Part shown: piece after piece, positions 1 to 22,733 of the stretch
How the letters are laid out: each line of letters opens with the position of its first letter
Numbering within the stretch: position 1 is the stretch's first letter
Assembly (NCBI RefSeq): GCF_009914755.1
Contig: NC_060926.1
Direction: 5' to 3' (one strand)
DNA length: 64,000 bases
Source of the DNA: the human T2T-CHM13v2.0 reference genome, Homo sapiens
The notes under the pieces: model-generated
Seen by the model: only the letters and a program-made list of their open reading frames with translations
What the model was told of the DNA's origin: nothing
Databases searched by the model: none
Translations under genes and position numbers: made by a program

Positions 1-570
1 TTGGAGGAAAAAGGGAATGCTTATACACCGTTGGTAGGAATGTAAATTAGTTCATTGCCGGTGGAAAGCAGCTTGGAAATTCTCAAAGAACTTAAAACAG
101 AACTACCATTTGACTCAGCAATCCCATTACTGGGTATATATCCAAAAGAAAATAAATTTTTCTACCAAAAAGACACCTTCTCTTGTATGTTAATCACAGA
201 CAATTCACAATAGCAAAGACATGGAATCAACCTAAGTACCCACTGACAGTGGACTGGATAAACAAAATGTGGTACATATACCATGGAATACTATGCAGCC
301 ATAAAAAAGAACAAAATCATGTCCTTCATAGAAACATGGATGGCTCTAGAGGCTATTATCCTAAAGCCAATTAACACAGGAACAGAAAACCAAGTGCCAC
401 GTGTTCTTGTAGACACTGGGGGCTATTGGGAGAGAGGAAGAGGGGGAAGGGTGGAATAACTATTGGGTACTATGCTCACCAGCTGGGTAATGAGATCATT
501 CATATCCCAAACCTCAGCATCACACAATAACTTGTACATGTATCCCCTGAATCTAAAATGAAAGTTGACT
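1..570 (+). mobile_element. L1 3' end (L1PB/L1MA-like)
   Basis: ORF2 C-terminal motif FTIAKTWNQPK and an L1PB-type 3'UTR ending gaatctaaaatgaaagttg. Confidence 0.85.
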
Positions 571-1160
571 TTTTTTAAAGTTCATTCCTTTTGACCAAGC
601 ACTCTACTTCTAGAATCAAAGATATTCAAAGTGGTATTATCTGTTACAGCAAGCAATTGGAAACAACTCAAATGCCCAATAATAGGGGAACAGTAAAATT
701 TTAGAACCCAATGGCAATTTCATTAGGATAATATCAAGTCATTATAAAGGAGGGAAAAGTTTCTTATATGCTTGATAAAGAACATATAAAAAATATATAG
801 ATGTTATACAATATACAGTATGATCTCAACTGCAGTTCTAACAAAGTACAAATATTAACAGGGGTTGTCTTTGGGTGGTGATATTTCTTTTTGCTCCATT
901 ACAAAAAATGAGAAGCTATTACTTTTGTAATCACAAACATATTTTTCAGTAGTGCTCTTCAGGATTTGGGTGCCTGACTTGTCATGCATGGAAGCCACTG
1001 GGTTCATCCTCCCCCTGGGTGCAGCTAGTGCCACTTAGGTCTAAGGATGCTGGGAATCTCAGGACATTATTTTCTGGACAAAAGCTCTAGATTTATCCCA
1101 ATGTTAGCCAGGAATGAGCCTTCCTTCTCTTGTAATCCAACAGGGAGCTGTGTATCTCAC

Positions 1161-1213
1161 CTGATACGTACGAAACATATTCTTCAAATACTTGTATTCT
1201 TTTCCCATCTCCT
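1161..1213 (-). CDS. FLACC1: FLACC1 coding exon (~exon 9): (E)EMGKEYKYLKNMFRTYQ
   Basis: CAG acceptor at 1216-1214 and GTGAGA donor at 1160. Length 53 bp (2+17 codons), phase-consistent with the preceding exon. Peptide matches my recollection of FLACC1/ALS2CR12. Confidence 0.93.
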
Positions 1214-1426
1214 CTGGATAAAAGGAAAACAACAGGATCATCATTAGTCTTCTGATATGCACATTTTCAAATTCAAATGTGAGTTCTTCTGCACACCTTC
1301 CCCACCCCAAACTCATCACCAAGGTAGTAAAACCTTTGTGTGCCTTGGAAATCACCCTAGAAGCTTATTAGAAATGCCATTGCCTGGACCTTCATCCAGG
1401 GTCATTCTCCCAGGTCCCAGCAGTAC

Positions 1427-1524
1427 CTAGCTTCTCTTGGGCAGCCAACTTCTCTGCCTTCAAGGCTGCTTTGTAGTTGTTCTCCAACTCACTGAGTTCT
1501 GCTTCATGGGCCTCTTTGAGCTCC
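1427..1524 (-). CDS. FLACC1: FLACC1 coding exon (~exon 8): ELKEAHEAELSELENNYKAALKAEKLAAQEKL, coiled coil
   Basis: CAG/GTACTG splice sites. Length 98 bp (1+32 codons+1) keeps frame with both neighbours. E/K/L/A-rich heptad-like composition. Confidence 0.93.
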
Positions 1525-1664
1525 CTGTGGGACCCCAGGAGAAGGCCACAATCATTAGTAAAAAGAAGTCCAGAGCTGAGCTGTTACCCTGATCTGATCC
1601 TACCCTCCACCCTCCCACAGGAAGTGAGGTTCTCACTTTTTTATTTTTAAAATTTTTAAATCTT

Positions 1665-1965
1665 TTTTTTTTTTTTTTGAGTCAGAGTCTCCCTCTGTTG
1701 CCCAGAGTGAGTGTGGTGGCATGGTCACAGCTCACTGCAGCCTCAACCTCCCAGGCTCAAGTGATCTTCCCACCTTAACCTCCCAAGTAGTTGGGAACAC
1801 AGGCATGTGCCACCATGCTCATCTAATTTTTTAATTTTTTGTAGAGACGGGGTCTTGCTATGGTGTCCAGGCTGGTTTCAAAATACTCCTGGACTCAAGC
1901 AATCCTCCTGCGTTGACCTCCCGAAGTGCTGGGATTACAGGCGTGAGCTACCATACTCAGCCTGG
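1665..1965 (-). mobile_element. Alu (AluJ-like)
   Basis: Poly-T followed by the reverse Alu dimer, diverged. Confidence 0.9.
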
Positions 1966-2219
1966 GGCCTTCACTTCCTGAAGCATTATCCTGGCATCTA
2001 TCCAGAAAGGGTGAGGGGACCCTTTTCTACAATCATTGTTTTGAATGGAGCCAGCATGACCACAGATTCCCCTCTAATAGTCAGCACAGTCTTGTCTATA
2101 GCTTGCTCGGGAAACTATGGGCTGCATTGCCACCCAGGATAATTTTAGAACCCAAGTTCTCTCCAGCCTCCATTCCAGGAAGCAATGTTGGCAGTGTTTA
2201 TGATGAGTATTAAAATGAG

Positions 2220-2740
2220 TCCATATGAGCTATCAAGCATGAAAAGACATGGAGGAACCTTTAAAGCATATTACTAAGTGAAGGAAGCCAATTTAAAAAG
2301 GCTACATAGGGTATGATTCCAACTATATGACATTCTGAAAAAGGTCAAACTATGGAGACAGTAAAGAGATCAGTGTTTGCCCAAGGTTAGGGATGGGAGG
2401 TAGGATGAATAGGCAGAGCGAAGCAGATTTTTAGGGCAGTGAAACTATTGTTATGACACTAGAATAGTGGATACATGTCATTACACATTTGTCCAAACTC
2501 ATTGAATGTACAGTACCAAGAGTGAACTCTAATGTCAACTATGAACTCTGGGTGATAATGATGTGTCAATATAGGTTCATTGATTATAACAAATGTTACC
2601 ACTTTTGGGGATATTGATAATGGGGGAAGCTATGTGTGTGAGGGGGCAGTAAGTATATGGGAAATCTTTTATACTTTCCCCTCAATGTTGCTGTAAACCT
2701 AAAACTCTAAAACTACTCTAAAAAATAAAGTTTATAAATA
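2220..2740 (+). mobile_element. L1MC-type 3' end
   Basis: gagctatcaagcatgaaaagacatggaggaacc...gctgtaaacctaaaact matches the L1MC 3'UTR. Confidence 0.75.
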
Positions 2741-2803
2741 AATGAATAAGTACATAAAAGTTTATGCCTCAGCTAAGAGTGCTGTCTCTCCACCAGGATT
2801 TCT

Positions 2804-11785
<8,982 letters not shown>

Positions 11786-12009
11786 AGGAGCAGGTGCACA
11801 GGAACTCTCTGTACTTTCTCCTCATTTTTGCTGTAAACCTAAAACTGCTCTAACAGATAAAGTCTATAGATAAATAAATGTGTAAATGGCTATGACTCAA
11901 CTAAGAGTGCTATCTCTCCACCAGGATTTCTAAGGCTGCTCTGGTGTGCAGCAAGTAGCCTGAAAGGGGATGTAGGATTATCTTCACCCATACACATAAG
12001 AAAACTCCT

Positions 12010-12555
12010 TTAAAAATAAATTTTATTGTGTATATTTGAGGTATACAACATGATGTCATAAGATTCATATATATATATATATAAATCATATATATATGCA
12101 TCTCTACTATAGTAACCATTATACTATATATATTACACATAATTTTTACTATATATATACACTCACACTACACAAGCATATATATATAGGTAGAGTTTAT
12201 ATGTATGTATATATATATATACACAAATGGTTATAATAGTGGAGATTACTATATACATATAGTAAAAAATTTACTAGAGTGGAACAAATTAACATATCCA
12301 TCATTTCACTTAGTTAACCATTTTCCCTCTGTGGTGAGAACAGCTATAAACTCATTTAGCAACAGTTCTTAATATCATACATTATTATTAACTATAGCTC
12401 TCATTTTTTACATTATATCTTTGTAAACAATATAAACTTGTTCACCCTACATATTTGCAACATTGTATGATTTGATCAATATCTCCCCATTTTCTTCCTC
12501 CTACCGGACCATGGTAACCATGTTCTATTCTCTGTCTTTCTGTATTTGGACTCCT
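12010..12555 (-). mobile_element. L1MA (L1MA8-10-like) 3' end with internal (TA)n low-complexity expansion
   Basis: ttttattgtgtatatttgaggtatacaacatgatg is an L1MA 3' terminus. TA-rich stretch at 12066-12260. Confidence 0.75.
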
Positions 12556-13041
12556 TTCAATTTTCTCTTGATTTGACTTTGCTCCTGATTCTCTTATACT
12601 TTCTTCCTATTTTGCTGAGGCCCTGACCTAGCAGCCAGGGAGAGTAGAGGTGAGACAAAGAAAAAGAGGAGGAGGAAGAGAAGAACGAGGAGATGGTGGA
12701 GGAGGAGCCTTGGCTGAGAACAACAGTTATTTATCACAGAAATCTCATAGAGAACAAAAATGACTCTTCTCAGTAACCAACAAAAAGGGAGATTATAATT
12801 GAAATGAAAGGATTGGATGATAAAATGTAAAAGCAGTAATAACTTTCTTTGTGGTTTATTTTAGTGGCTTTGAATCAAGCCATTCTGCTCTTCAAAGACA
12901 CGTGTCTTGTTCATCTCCCCCACCCTTCATCCCCCAACTCCATTTAGAACTATTTGAAGTCCCAGTGAACTAAAATCCTGCAAAGGATGCGGGACCCTTA
13001 GAGCCATCAACACACACAAGGGTCCATGCCAGAAAGTGTAC

Positions 13042-13103
13042 CTGTTCTTGTTTTCAAAGTTCTGTTTCATCTCAGCACAGCGGAGATCCATTTCACTGGA
13101 GAG
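13042..13103 (-). CDS. FLACC1: FLACC1 coding exon (~exon 7): LSSEMDLRCAEMKQNFENKN(R)
   Basis: TTTCCAG acceptor, AG|GTACAC donor. Length 62 bp (20 codons+2), in phase. Confidence 0.92.
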
Positions 13104-14841
13104 CTGGAAACAAAATCAGCATCTACAACACAGGACTGAGGACCCTGTCCCATTCTGATCTGCACCTTCTGAAAAGCCTTCCAATTTATGGGGCACAGCC
13201 GCCTTCCAATTCATGGGGCACAGCCCCCTTCCCACCCCTCTTCCACTGTGCTCTGCAGTGCCAGAGAGCACATTATTAATAAGGGAACAGAACAATTTGT
13301 GCCTTGCTCTATGTTGTTTTGTACTTATTCAGTTCATAATGTTGGTGCATCTCTTTCACTGACTATTTTTTTTGGGTAGGTCTGGTCTCCTGTGCTAGAT
13401 CGTCATTTCTGTTACATCATGGCCTTCAGATTTTTGGATATGTAATCCAATTGAGCAATCATTTATTGAACAAAAGGCTTGGCTTGGAAGAGCCAAGGAG
13501 GACTAAGACTCAGATCTTGCCTTCGAGGAACTTAAAATCTAGTGTTAATCCTTGTTGACAGTATAGTTCCATTCTAGCAGGCAGGATTTGCTCACTTTCA
13601 GGTGATACTTCATTCTAACATGTCAGATCCTCTGGCCAGTGTCTCAGGATAAATCAATACTTCAAATCAGTCGGTGACCACTGTCAGCTAGGACAAGGGT
13701 TTAGGGCTTGTCCTTGTACCTCTCTGACTACTGGGGAGAAGCCAGGGACTGTGTCACACAACAAGTGGTCAGCAGAGCCACTCTGACAGACAGAGAACAG
13801 CCCAGCGTCAGCCAACACTACTCCCTTCCACAGGGCCACACAACAAATAGCATCTTCACAAGTGGCAGTATTTTCAGTAACACAGTCTAGGATCCCTTCA
13901 TGGAAATAGTCTCTAAATATGTCTTCAGCAGGATCTGTGCCCATGACTTAAAATGTTCATTTTGTCCAATGATCTACCACTGTTCAGTTGAGAGATTGTA
14001 TGCAAATTGTTTAACTTCCCTGAGTCTCATTTTCCTTTCTATAGAAGGAGACCATAAACCTGGCAGTGTTTTCAGATAAATAAGGTAATGAATCAATAGT
14101 TGGCAGGCGGAGGAGGGTGGTCTCAGGATAGGACCCAGCCTGAGTCATAAGCTGGGTCACTGTAGGATTCAGACACATCTGGGGCATATCAGAGGGTGAG
14201 AGGCTGCCTTCTGGGAAGTAAAACTTCACAGATGGGGTGGGGTTCAACAACCCTGGGGAGGATATTTCTGAACACAGCACTGGCTGTCACTCCAGGCCAG
14301 GCCAACAGGCACACCTGTTTGAGGTGAGGAAGAAGTCACCAGATGAAACAGATGGTAAAAGCTAAAAAGGTGTCACTGAAATCCTCAGGAATCACAAAGA
14401 GTGTCAAATGACATCTGCAGATTCTGATGTGTGGGCAGCTTTAACAGTCAGAGAGTAAGCCCTGCACATTAAGTGCGCTGGTGTCGTTAGTGAGAGCCTC
14501 ACAAGCTCTGAAACTTAATTGCACCACAAAGGCCAGACAGAAAACAACAAGTGCACCCTAGTGTGAGGAGGACAGTGTCACTGCACACACACAGAGGTAC
14601 TTGGAGAGCTCCTGGAAATAAATGAGTTAAGCTTTGTGGAAGAACTTGAGTTCTTGGAATTACAGATAAAGATGTCAGAGAAATACTACTGAGTGACACA
14701 GTCCAATCTTTAGGGTCCTGTCACCTGGACAACATGGCTCATATGAGTAAAGTGCTTGGCATTTTGCCTGGCACATAGGTGATTCAAAAATATTAATTTT
14801 ATTTTGTCCATGAAGATGTTAGCTAATGTAAGGTCACTCAC

Positions 14842-14935
14842 CAATTTCTGGGCAGACTGGTGGTCTCTGTTCATTTGTTCAATTATTGCTGTCAGCTCTG
14901 AGATTTGCTCTTCTAGGTCAGAAATGATGTTGGTC
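14842..14935 (-). CDS. FLACC1: FLACC1 coding exon (~exon 6): TNIISDLEEQISELTAIIEQMNRDHQSAQKL
   Basis: CTACAG acceptor, GTGAGT donor. Length 94 bp (1+31 codons), in phase. Confidence 0.93.
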
Positions 14936-16119
14936 CTGTAGGAGAAGTAATTCTTCTATCATCCACAAAGCTTACCATTCCATGCCATTCAGGCCCCTGA
15001 GCATGACTGACTCTGGCATGGTGAGAGCTGGCCTGGTGAGAGCTGGCCATGTTCTGCACCTGCTCTATCATTATGGGGTGGGGGTGGAGGGATAGGGGTG
15101 GTCTTACAGAAGGCATTTGGCTATAGGGCAGTTGAGGCTCAGATCTGGCTCTTGTGGGTAAGCTCACTAGACTTGAACAGGATGGTTTGGTGCCCTACCG
15201 AATAGAAGGAAAATAAGAATATGTCAGAAATTTATTAGAGTTTGACCTTGATTTGGTAATGATAGTTGAAACAGAGGACGAAGTTCAGAGGATTAGGAAA
15301 TTAGAAGATGTGCAATAGGATTGATGCTGGCTGTGAACCACAGACAAGGATTGGGCCAGAGATGGGACTAAGAGGGTATTTAAGAGAGTGGCTTTCAGCA
15401 CAGGTCATGGTTTTCTGTGTTTCTGGGTCTAAGGCTGCCATGGTATCTGTAAATTATTTAGCTCTGTCTGGTTGGGCTAGAGTGACAAGGCAGCAGGTGG
15501 TGCCATGTGCAGTGGAGCTGAGAGGAAGTCCTCAATGCAAGATGCTTTGACCTCTTTGGCCAACCACTTTGCATGTCTAACTGAGCACAGAGAGAATGTG
15601 GGCTGATAAAACAAGAGAGGAGATACAGGAGGAGACAGTTCAAGGGTAAGAGAAAGAAAAGGCTTGAGAAAGTTGAATAATAGGGAGCCCCTATCTTTTG
15701 AACACAATCTTCAATACAAACAACACCCACAACTTTACCAGGGAATACAACAAGCACAGGTTATCATATTTTATTGTGCACAACTGGTGACAACTTCCTT
15801 GTGAGGCCAAGAGGTGGCTGTCGGTGCTAGCTTGACTATAGGTGCATGACCCATTCTCTTCCTGCAGAGGGCTGTGGATAAGCAGGGAAAAGAAAGCAGA
15901 GGCTGAATGCCCCTGGGTGGGAAGACAAGATAAGCAGGGTGAATGCCCCTGGCCCCTGGGTGGCCCTCTGGGCCAGGTCAGATCAGGGAGACTCCATGGC
16001 ATGGCCTCATTCTACTTGAGGGGCCTTCAGACTCACCCTCAACCTGAATCCCTTCCCCAGATGTAACCACTGCTAACGGTTTGGTTGAATTCTGCCAATA
16101 CACTAGCAGATAGGTAGAT

Positions 16120-16122
<3 letters not shown>

Positions 16123-16164
<42 letters not shown>

Positions 16165-16170
16165 TGTGTG
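16123..16170. repeat. (TG)n microsatellite, ~24 units with one interruption
   Basis: Direct reading of the sequence. Confidence 0.97.
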
Positions 16171-16554
16171 TTTTCTATTGTTGGTCTTTTAGACTTGTGT
16201 GTTGAAAAAATAATTCTTACAGCAAAATCAGCCTGAGGGAAGAGGCACTTGGAGAGCCATTCAGTAGTGCAGTTAAGAAGTAAGATGCCTGAACATGGGC
16301 AGGATATCAGAGAAGAAGATATGAATAAGAGATTAAAGGGTAGAATGAAAAGATGTAGAGATGAATCTGCATCTGTTAATGAAAAAAGAAAGACATGGAG
16401 ATATACTTGATATGGCATTGGAGGACAGAGAGTGGGTGGAGCCTGAAGACAGACAGGACAGCTGTGCTAATGGGTTAGAGTCAGGCCAGAACCTTCCACA
16501 CTGCATCTCCCGGGGGCATGAGCTGAGTAGTATTTTTGGACATAATGAAAAAGA

Positions 16555-16846
16555 GGCTGGGCGCAGTGGCTCACGCCTATAATCCCAGCACTTTGGGAGG
16601 CTGAGGCCAGAGGATTACCTGAGGTCAGGAGTTTGAGAACAGCCTGGCTAATATGGCAAAATCCCATCTCTACTAAAGCTATAAATATTAGCCGGGCGTC
16701 ATGGTGCAAGCCTGTAATCCTAGCTACTCAAGAGGTTGAGGCGTGAGAATAGCTTAAACCTGGGAGGCAGAAGTTGCAGTGAGCTGAGATCGTGCCACTA
16801 AACTCCAGCCTGGGTGGCAGAGAGAGACTCTGTCTCAAAAAAAAAA
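16555..16846 (+). mobile_element. Alu (AluS)
   Basis: Full dimer with A tail. Confidence 0.92.
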
Positions 16847-17213
16847 GTGCACTCCAGCCACCCAGAAACCCTCACTTTACTTAATTTGCATGCCTCAAAT
16901 TCAGACTAATTTATGGCTATTCTATCTATTCCTCACCCCACGAACAATTGCTATCCTTTGGGATCAATCACATAACTCCCAATCTTCATCCTGCCCCTTG
17001 GATCTGCTCACGGATGGGATCAGAGCAGAGAGGCAGATGTGGAGAGATGCATCATCAGGAAGCAGGGGCGAGGAGGGAGGTGCCCTTGCGGCCCCTCCAG
17101 AGCAGGGACCAGTGGCCTGGGTGTGGGCATAGCGGCTTTGGCTTGTCCCTGAGGCCGGGCTGAGCTGGGTGGGAGTAGCCCCAAGCAGCTGCATGTTGCT
17201 GCAACAGCATTAC

Positions 17214-17347
17214 CTGGAAAATCTGCCTTTGTCCGGGATCTCCGATTCCCACCGCTTTTTCCTATCAAACATCTCATCCCCTAAGGTGACAGAAATCTGT
17301 TCCCGATTCCGAACAAGTTGATAGCCAGGTGACACGTTGATCACTTC
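17214..17347 (-). CDS. FLACC1: FLACC1 coding exon (~exon 5): EVINVSPGYQLVRNREQISVTLGDEMFDRKKRWESEIPDKGRFS(R)
   Basis: TAG acceptor, CAG|GTAATG donor. Length 134 bp (44 codons+2), in phase. Confidence 0.93.
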
Positions 17348-18928
17348 CTAGGCATCAAGGGAAAGTAAGATAAAATGGCAGACTTGGAGTGTTGAGATTT
17401 TTCCAAATCTTCTCTTATTGCCTCACTCACATCTTAAAAACAGGGACCTGGGACTCCACAGCCCAAGCCCTTCTGGGCCCTTCACCCATTATAGCTCATT
17501 CTCACATCTCTCCGACTCAAATCTGATGCTTAGCAGGCTCCTGGGTGTCCCTAGGGGCCTCTCAAGCTCTGCGCCAAACCAAGCCACTGATGCCCCTGCC
17601 CCCGACTTGTGTTCACCCTCGTGGCCAGAGCCCAGAGGAGGTGAGCATGCGGCAACTGCTCGGGTTTTGGAATCACAGAGGCCTGAGTAAATCTTGGCTC
17701 TGCCACCAGACAGTAGCCATCCAGCATCTCTGTGCCTCAGTTTCCTTATCAGAAAGTGGGGTTAATAACTCTTTCTCAAAGGGCTTTTGTGAGGGAAAAA
17801 CAAAACAACATATGAGAAAATGACAGGACGGTTGCAAACAAAATGTCATTTCCTCCTCCTTTTCCCATTAGACGCCAAGTCAGAAACCTGGGCAGGGCCT
17901 CTGCTGGCCTGGACCAGGGCAAGGCTGGGGCTCTGAGAGCTGCGCAGCACATGCTGCAGCCCCTTGATCCCTGCTGTTGTCACCTCCTTCATGTCTCTGT
18001 GAGTCACCCTCCTCTCTCCACACCCCTGCCTGACGGCCCCAGGCCACCATCATCTTTCTCTTGGGCTCTGGCCTCTCTGCCTTCAGTCTTGCTCCCCCCA
18101 CAGTTCATCCTCCTCTCTACCTAGAGGGCAATTATATTTTTGCTTGTATATTTTTTTCCCTAACCATTAAAGGACTGCATGGCTCTTTTCCCTGGCTCTT
18201 TTCCCAGCACCTGAAACAGTGCCTAATAAATAATAGGTGGTCAATAAATATTTTCCAAAAAAATTAATGGAATACAAAGATTCATACAAAGACCTAAAAC
18301 TAAAAAACAAAACAAAAAAAAAAAAAAAAGAAAAGAAACTAGATAAACACAGAAAACAGTAAAATGTACCGATTACATCCCACCAAAGGGTGCTTTTTCT
18401 GAAATGTAACTCTTACTTGGTCCTGTGCCTGCGTCAGACCAGTAAAGGCTCCCAGACACCAGAAGGGTCGGGCCCACACTCCCAGGCAGGCGTCAAGAGC
18501 CTTCGAGTTTGGTTCTCATCACCTTCTCCAGTGCCCTCCCGCCCCTGCTCCCCTGAGGGGTCCCGGCAGCCTCTCCCCAGCTTTCGTTAGTTCCCTAGGT
18601 CAGCAGAGCACTTCCTGCATCTAGGCATGAGCTGTTCACTGGCCTGGACTAGCTGTCATGTCCAGTTTCTCTGAGACACTCTGTTTGTCTTGTGCAAGGC
18701 AGGAGAGAGTGGCAATTAAATGCCCACTCTGGAATCTAGCTGAGCTGAGTTCAAGTCGTGGTTCTTCCACTTACCTGCCGTGCATAATGTGCAATATTAA
18801 CAGCACCTCCTCCCAGGATCTTTGTGAAGATTCGACAAGGTAAGTATAAAAATGTAAAGGGCCCATGCTTGCACATAGTAGGCACTCAATAAATTTTAGT
18901 CCCACCGCCCTCTCCTGCCTTTACTCAC

Positions 18929-18977
18929 ATAAAATGATTTATTAGTCTCTTCTTGCCTTGCTGAATGGATTTTCATT
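18929..18977 (-). CDS. FLACC1: FLACC1 coding exon (~exon 4): MKIHSARQEETNKSFY
   Basis: CTTTCTCTTGCAG acceptor, GTGAGT donor. Length 49 bp (1+16 codons), in phase. Confidence 0.92.
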
Positions 18978-19529
18978 CTGCAAGAGAAAGACATGCTCAG
19001 AAAGCAACCAGACAGCAAAGAGAAGTTCAAAGCTTAGGAGCTGAACCCTGAGGCCGCCACCATCTGACTTCTGCTCTCTGACCTGACCTTCTTAGGGGAT
19101 CCCTAGGATAGTTGGGGAACTCACTGAAGCCGGGCTCCTGAGGGCCCCAAAGTAGGGGTGCTCATGAAAAGGTCCTGCCCAAGGAGGCAAAAGACTTGTC
19201 TTATGATGTTGGGGCAACTTCTGTTTTGGAGGAGCATAAACCAGCTAGAGGGACCCCTACATATTCTCCCTGAGTCAAGGCTCTGTGAGTCAGGTGACAC
19301 CCCCCACCACCCCCTTACACACAAACGGGCACAAACACACTCAGTTCAGGGAACTGTGTGGAACTCTCTTTATTGGAGAATGAAACATTCTATATAAACA
19401 AATGTTCCAGAAAATGAAATGTATCCCATTAAGATACAAATGTTGAAGTTAAACTTGTTTTTCATTCAAATCTTTATATATGCTATATATAAAATGAATA
19501 CCACATATGTGTATATGTTCACAGTGGCC

Positions 19530-19815
19530 TTTCCCTCCAGCTCCAAAGCCAGCAGCAATTGCATCACTCCAACCTCTGCTTCTGTTGTCACAGCTCCTTC
19601 TCTGACTCTGACACTGTGACCTCCTCTTTCACATACAAAGAAGGACCTTTGTGATTACATGGGATCTGGGATAATCCAGGATAATCTCTCCAACTGAAGG
19701 TCAGCTGATTAGCAACCTTAATTCCATCTGCAGCCTTAATTCCTCTTTGGCAAGTAACATATTCACAGTCTCTGGGTATTAGGGTGTAGACGTCCTTGGG
19801 AGGGGGTCACTGTCC
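19530..19815. mobile_element. MLT1 (MaLR) LTR fragment
   Basis: ggataatccaggataatctc...gctgattagcaaccttaattccatctgc is an MLT1 motif. Confidence 0.7.
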
Positions 19816-19859
19816 TGCCCACCACACCCATCACCTTGTTACCTTCTTTGAGCTCATCT

Positions 19860-20292
19860 CCCACCACTCCCTGCTCACTCGCTCCGCTCATGCCACACTG
19901 GCTTCTGCCTTCCTGGAAGAGGTCAGACATGCCAAGCAAGTTCCCACCCCAGGGCCTTTGGACTTGCTGGTCCCTCTGCCAAGAGTGCTTGCCCCAGGCA
20001 TCATTGAGGCTCCTTTTGCCCCCTTTACACAGGCACTTGCCCTGACCTCTCTACGTAAAGTATCCCCACCGTCACAGCCCCTACCTGCTTTGCCTGCATT
20101 TTTTTTCTATGTAGCACTTGCCAACCTCGGATGTAATAACTAGTTTATGGTCCTCTTCCCCTTCCTTCCCCACTAGAATATAAGTGCCAGGAGAGTGGAG
20201 ACTTTATTGTGTTTCTGGCTCTTTTCCCAGCACCTGAAACAGTGCCTAATAAATAATAGGTGGTCAATAAATATTTTCCAAAAAAATTAATG
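19860..20292 (+). mobile_element. L2 3' end
   Basis: cactagaatataag...cccagcacctgaaacagtgcct...tcaataaatattt is the L2 terminus. Confidence 0.7.
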
Positions 20293-20778
20293 GAATACAA
20301 AGATTCATACAAAGACCTAAAACTAAGGTACATTTCTAAGCTTGTAAAATGCGAGTAAAAATTTTAATTTGTGATTAAAACCAAGATGCAACCCATAGAA
20401 AATCTTAGACACAGGACAGTAATCAGCTAAAGAGTGAGTCACCACCCTAAATGCACGGGAGGGTCGCCAAGGCTCTGTGACAATAGCACACATCAAGCTT
20501 TGGGCTCCAGGGCAGAAGACAGTTACTGGGGGCACCCCTGTGGAGAGCAGTGGATACAGTGACTTTGAATCAAACAATGCAATGACTTTGGAAGCTGTGG
20601 ATGCAGAGGACCCCAAAATCTACATGTAGGATCTGAGGTTTGCAAGAAATCAAGGTCGATTCTGGCAATTCTCTAACATCCCTGGCATCAATTAGTTCAA
20701 GTCAGGCCAGGTGAGAGGGAGATTATTTTATTCACATGCCTGAAACCATTTCTGCCTCATGGACATAAAAATACTTAG

Positions 20779-21495
<717 letters not shown>

Positions 21496-21983
21496 CTAAA
21501 ACAAGAACATTGGAAATTCGGAAACCCTTTTTAACACTCCCAGATTAAGTACATCCCTATAGTGACCCAAAATTGGAATGCATGATCTGATAGCTGGAAT
21601 CTTTAAAATCTGAGGCCTTTAAAACTCAGGCCCAAGGCCCTGGCACTTGTTCACTGTCCCAGGAAGAGTTTGTCCCCCGATTCCCAAAGCTCTTTATCCC
21701 ACATGAAGGCGGCAGCTGCCATCAGGGCCCTTTGGTTGGAAGCTGCACTTTGCCGTTGCACCAACACTGAGACTTCCTCATTTAAAATGGCACAAACCCC
21801 AGGCAGGGCTGGCAAGATGAGGGTGCAGCCAACCAGCTGGCAGGGAAGCTGGGGAAAGCGAGGCTTTCTGGCCCACCTGGGATTTTCCTGCCACACTTGC
21901 TGTTTTAGAAATCTTGTGAGAGAAATGAGGCTACAAATGGATCCCAAGGTCCCTGTGCCTACCCCATCCCAGATAATTCTTAC

Positions 21984-22096
21984 TTGGAACTCCCTGTGGA
22001 GTTCTTGCGTGGTAGTTGAGGGGTCTTGATTAGCTTCCGTGGTCCCAAGTTCCAGGGGTCCCAGCAGGTGCAGTAGATGAGAGGGTTGGGGTACAT
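21984..22096 (-). CDS. FLACC1: FLACC1 first coding exon: MYPNPLIYCTCWDPWNLGPRKLIKTPQLPRKNSTGSS(K); the exon begins at 22143 with 47 nt of 5'UTR
   Basis: GCCATG start at 22096, GTAAGA donor at 21983, TTTCAG acceptor at 22144. N-terminus matches my recollection of FLACC1. Confidence 0.93.
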
Positions 22097-22353
22097 GGCC
22101 AAAGGTCAGGGGGAGTCTTGGCTGCTAGATCAGGAGGCTCTTGCTGAAATTGAAAAACAACAGCAGAAGGTTAAACCATTTAGAATCAAAGCAAAAATAC
22201 AGAAGAATTGGGAAGAACCCAGGGAGGACCCAAAGAACAATGGTAGATTCCAGAAGCTGTTGATCTGGTGCAGGGTCTTGACTATAGGTTAACAGCTCAT
22301 CCCTTTCTACTCAGTAGACTTGACTTGAAAGCAATTTAAACTTTGCCATAACT

Positions 22354-22733
<380 letters not shown>

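Noticed and set aside
15978-16418. 146-aa ORF with an HT repeat
   Set aside because: Read-through of the (TG)n microsatellite, with no splice or homology support.
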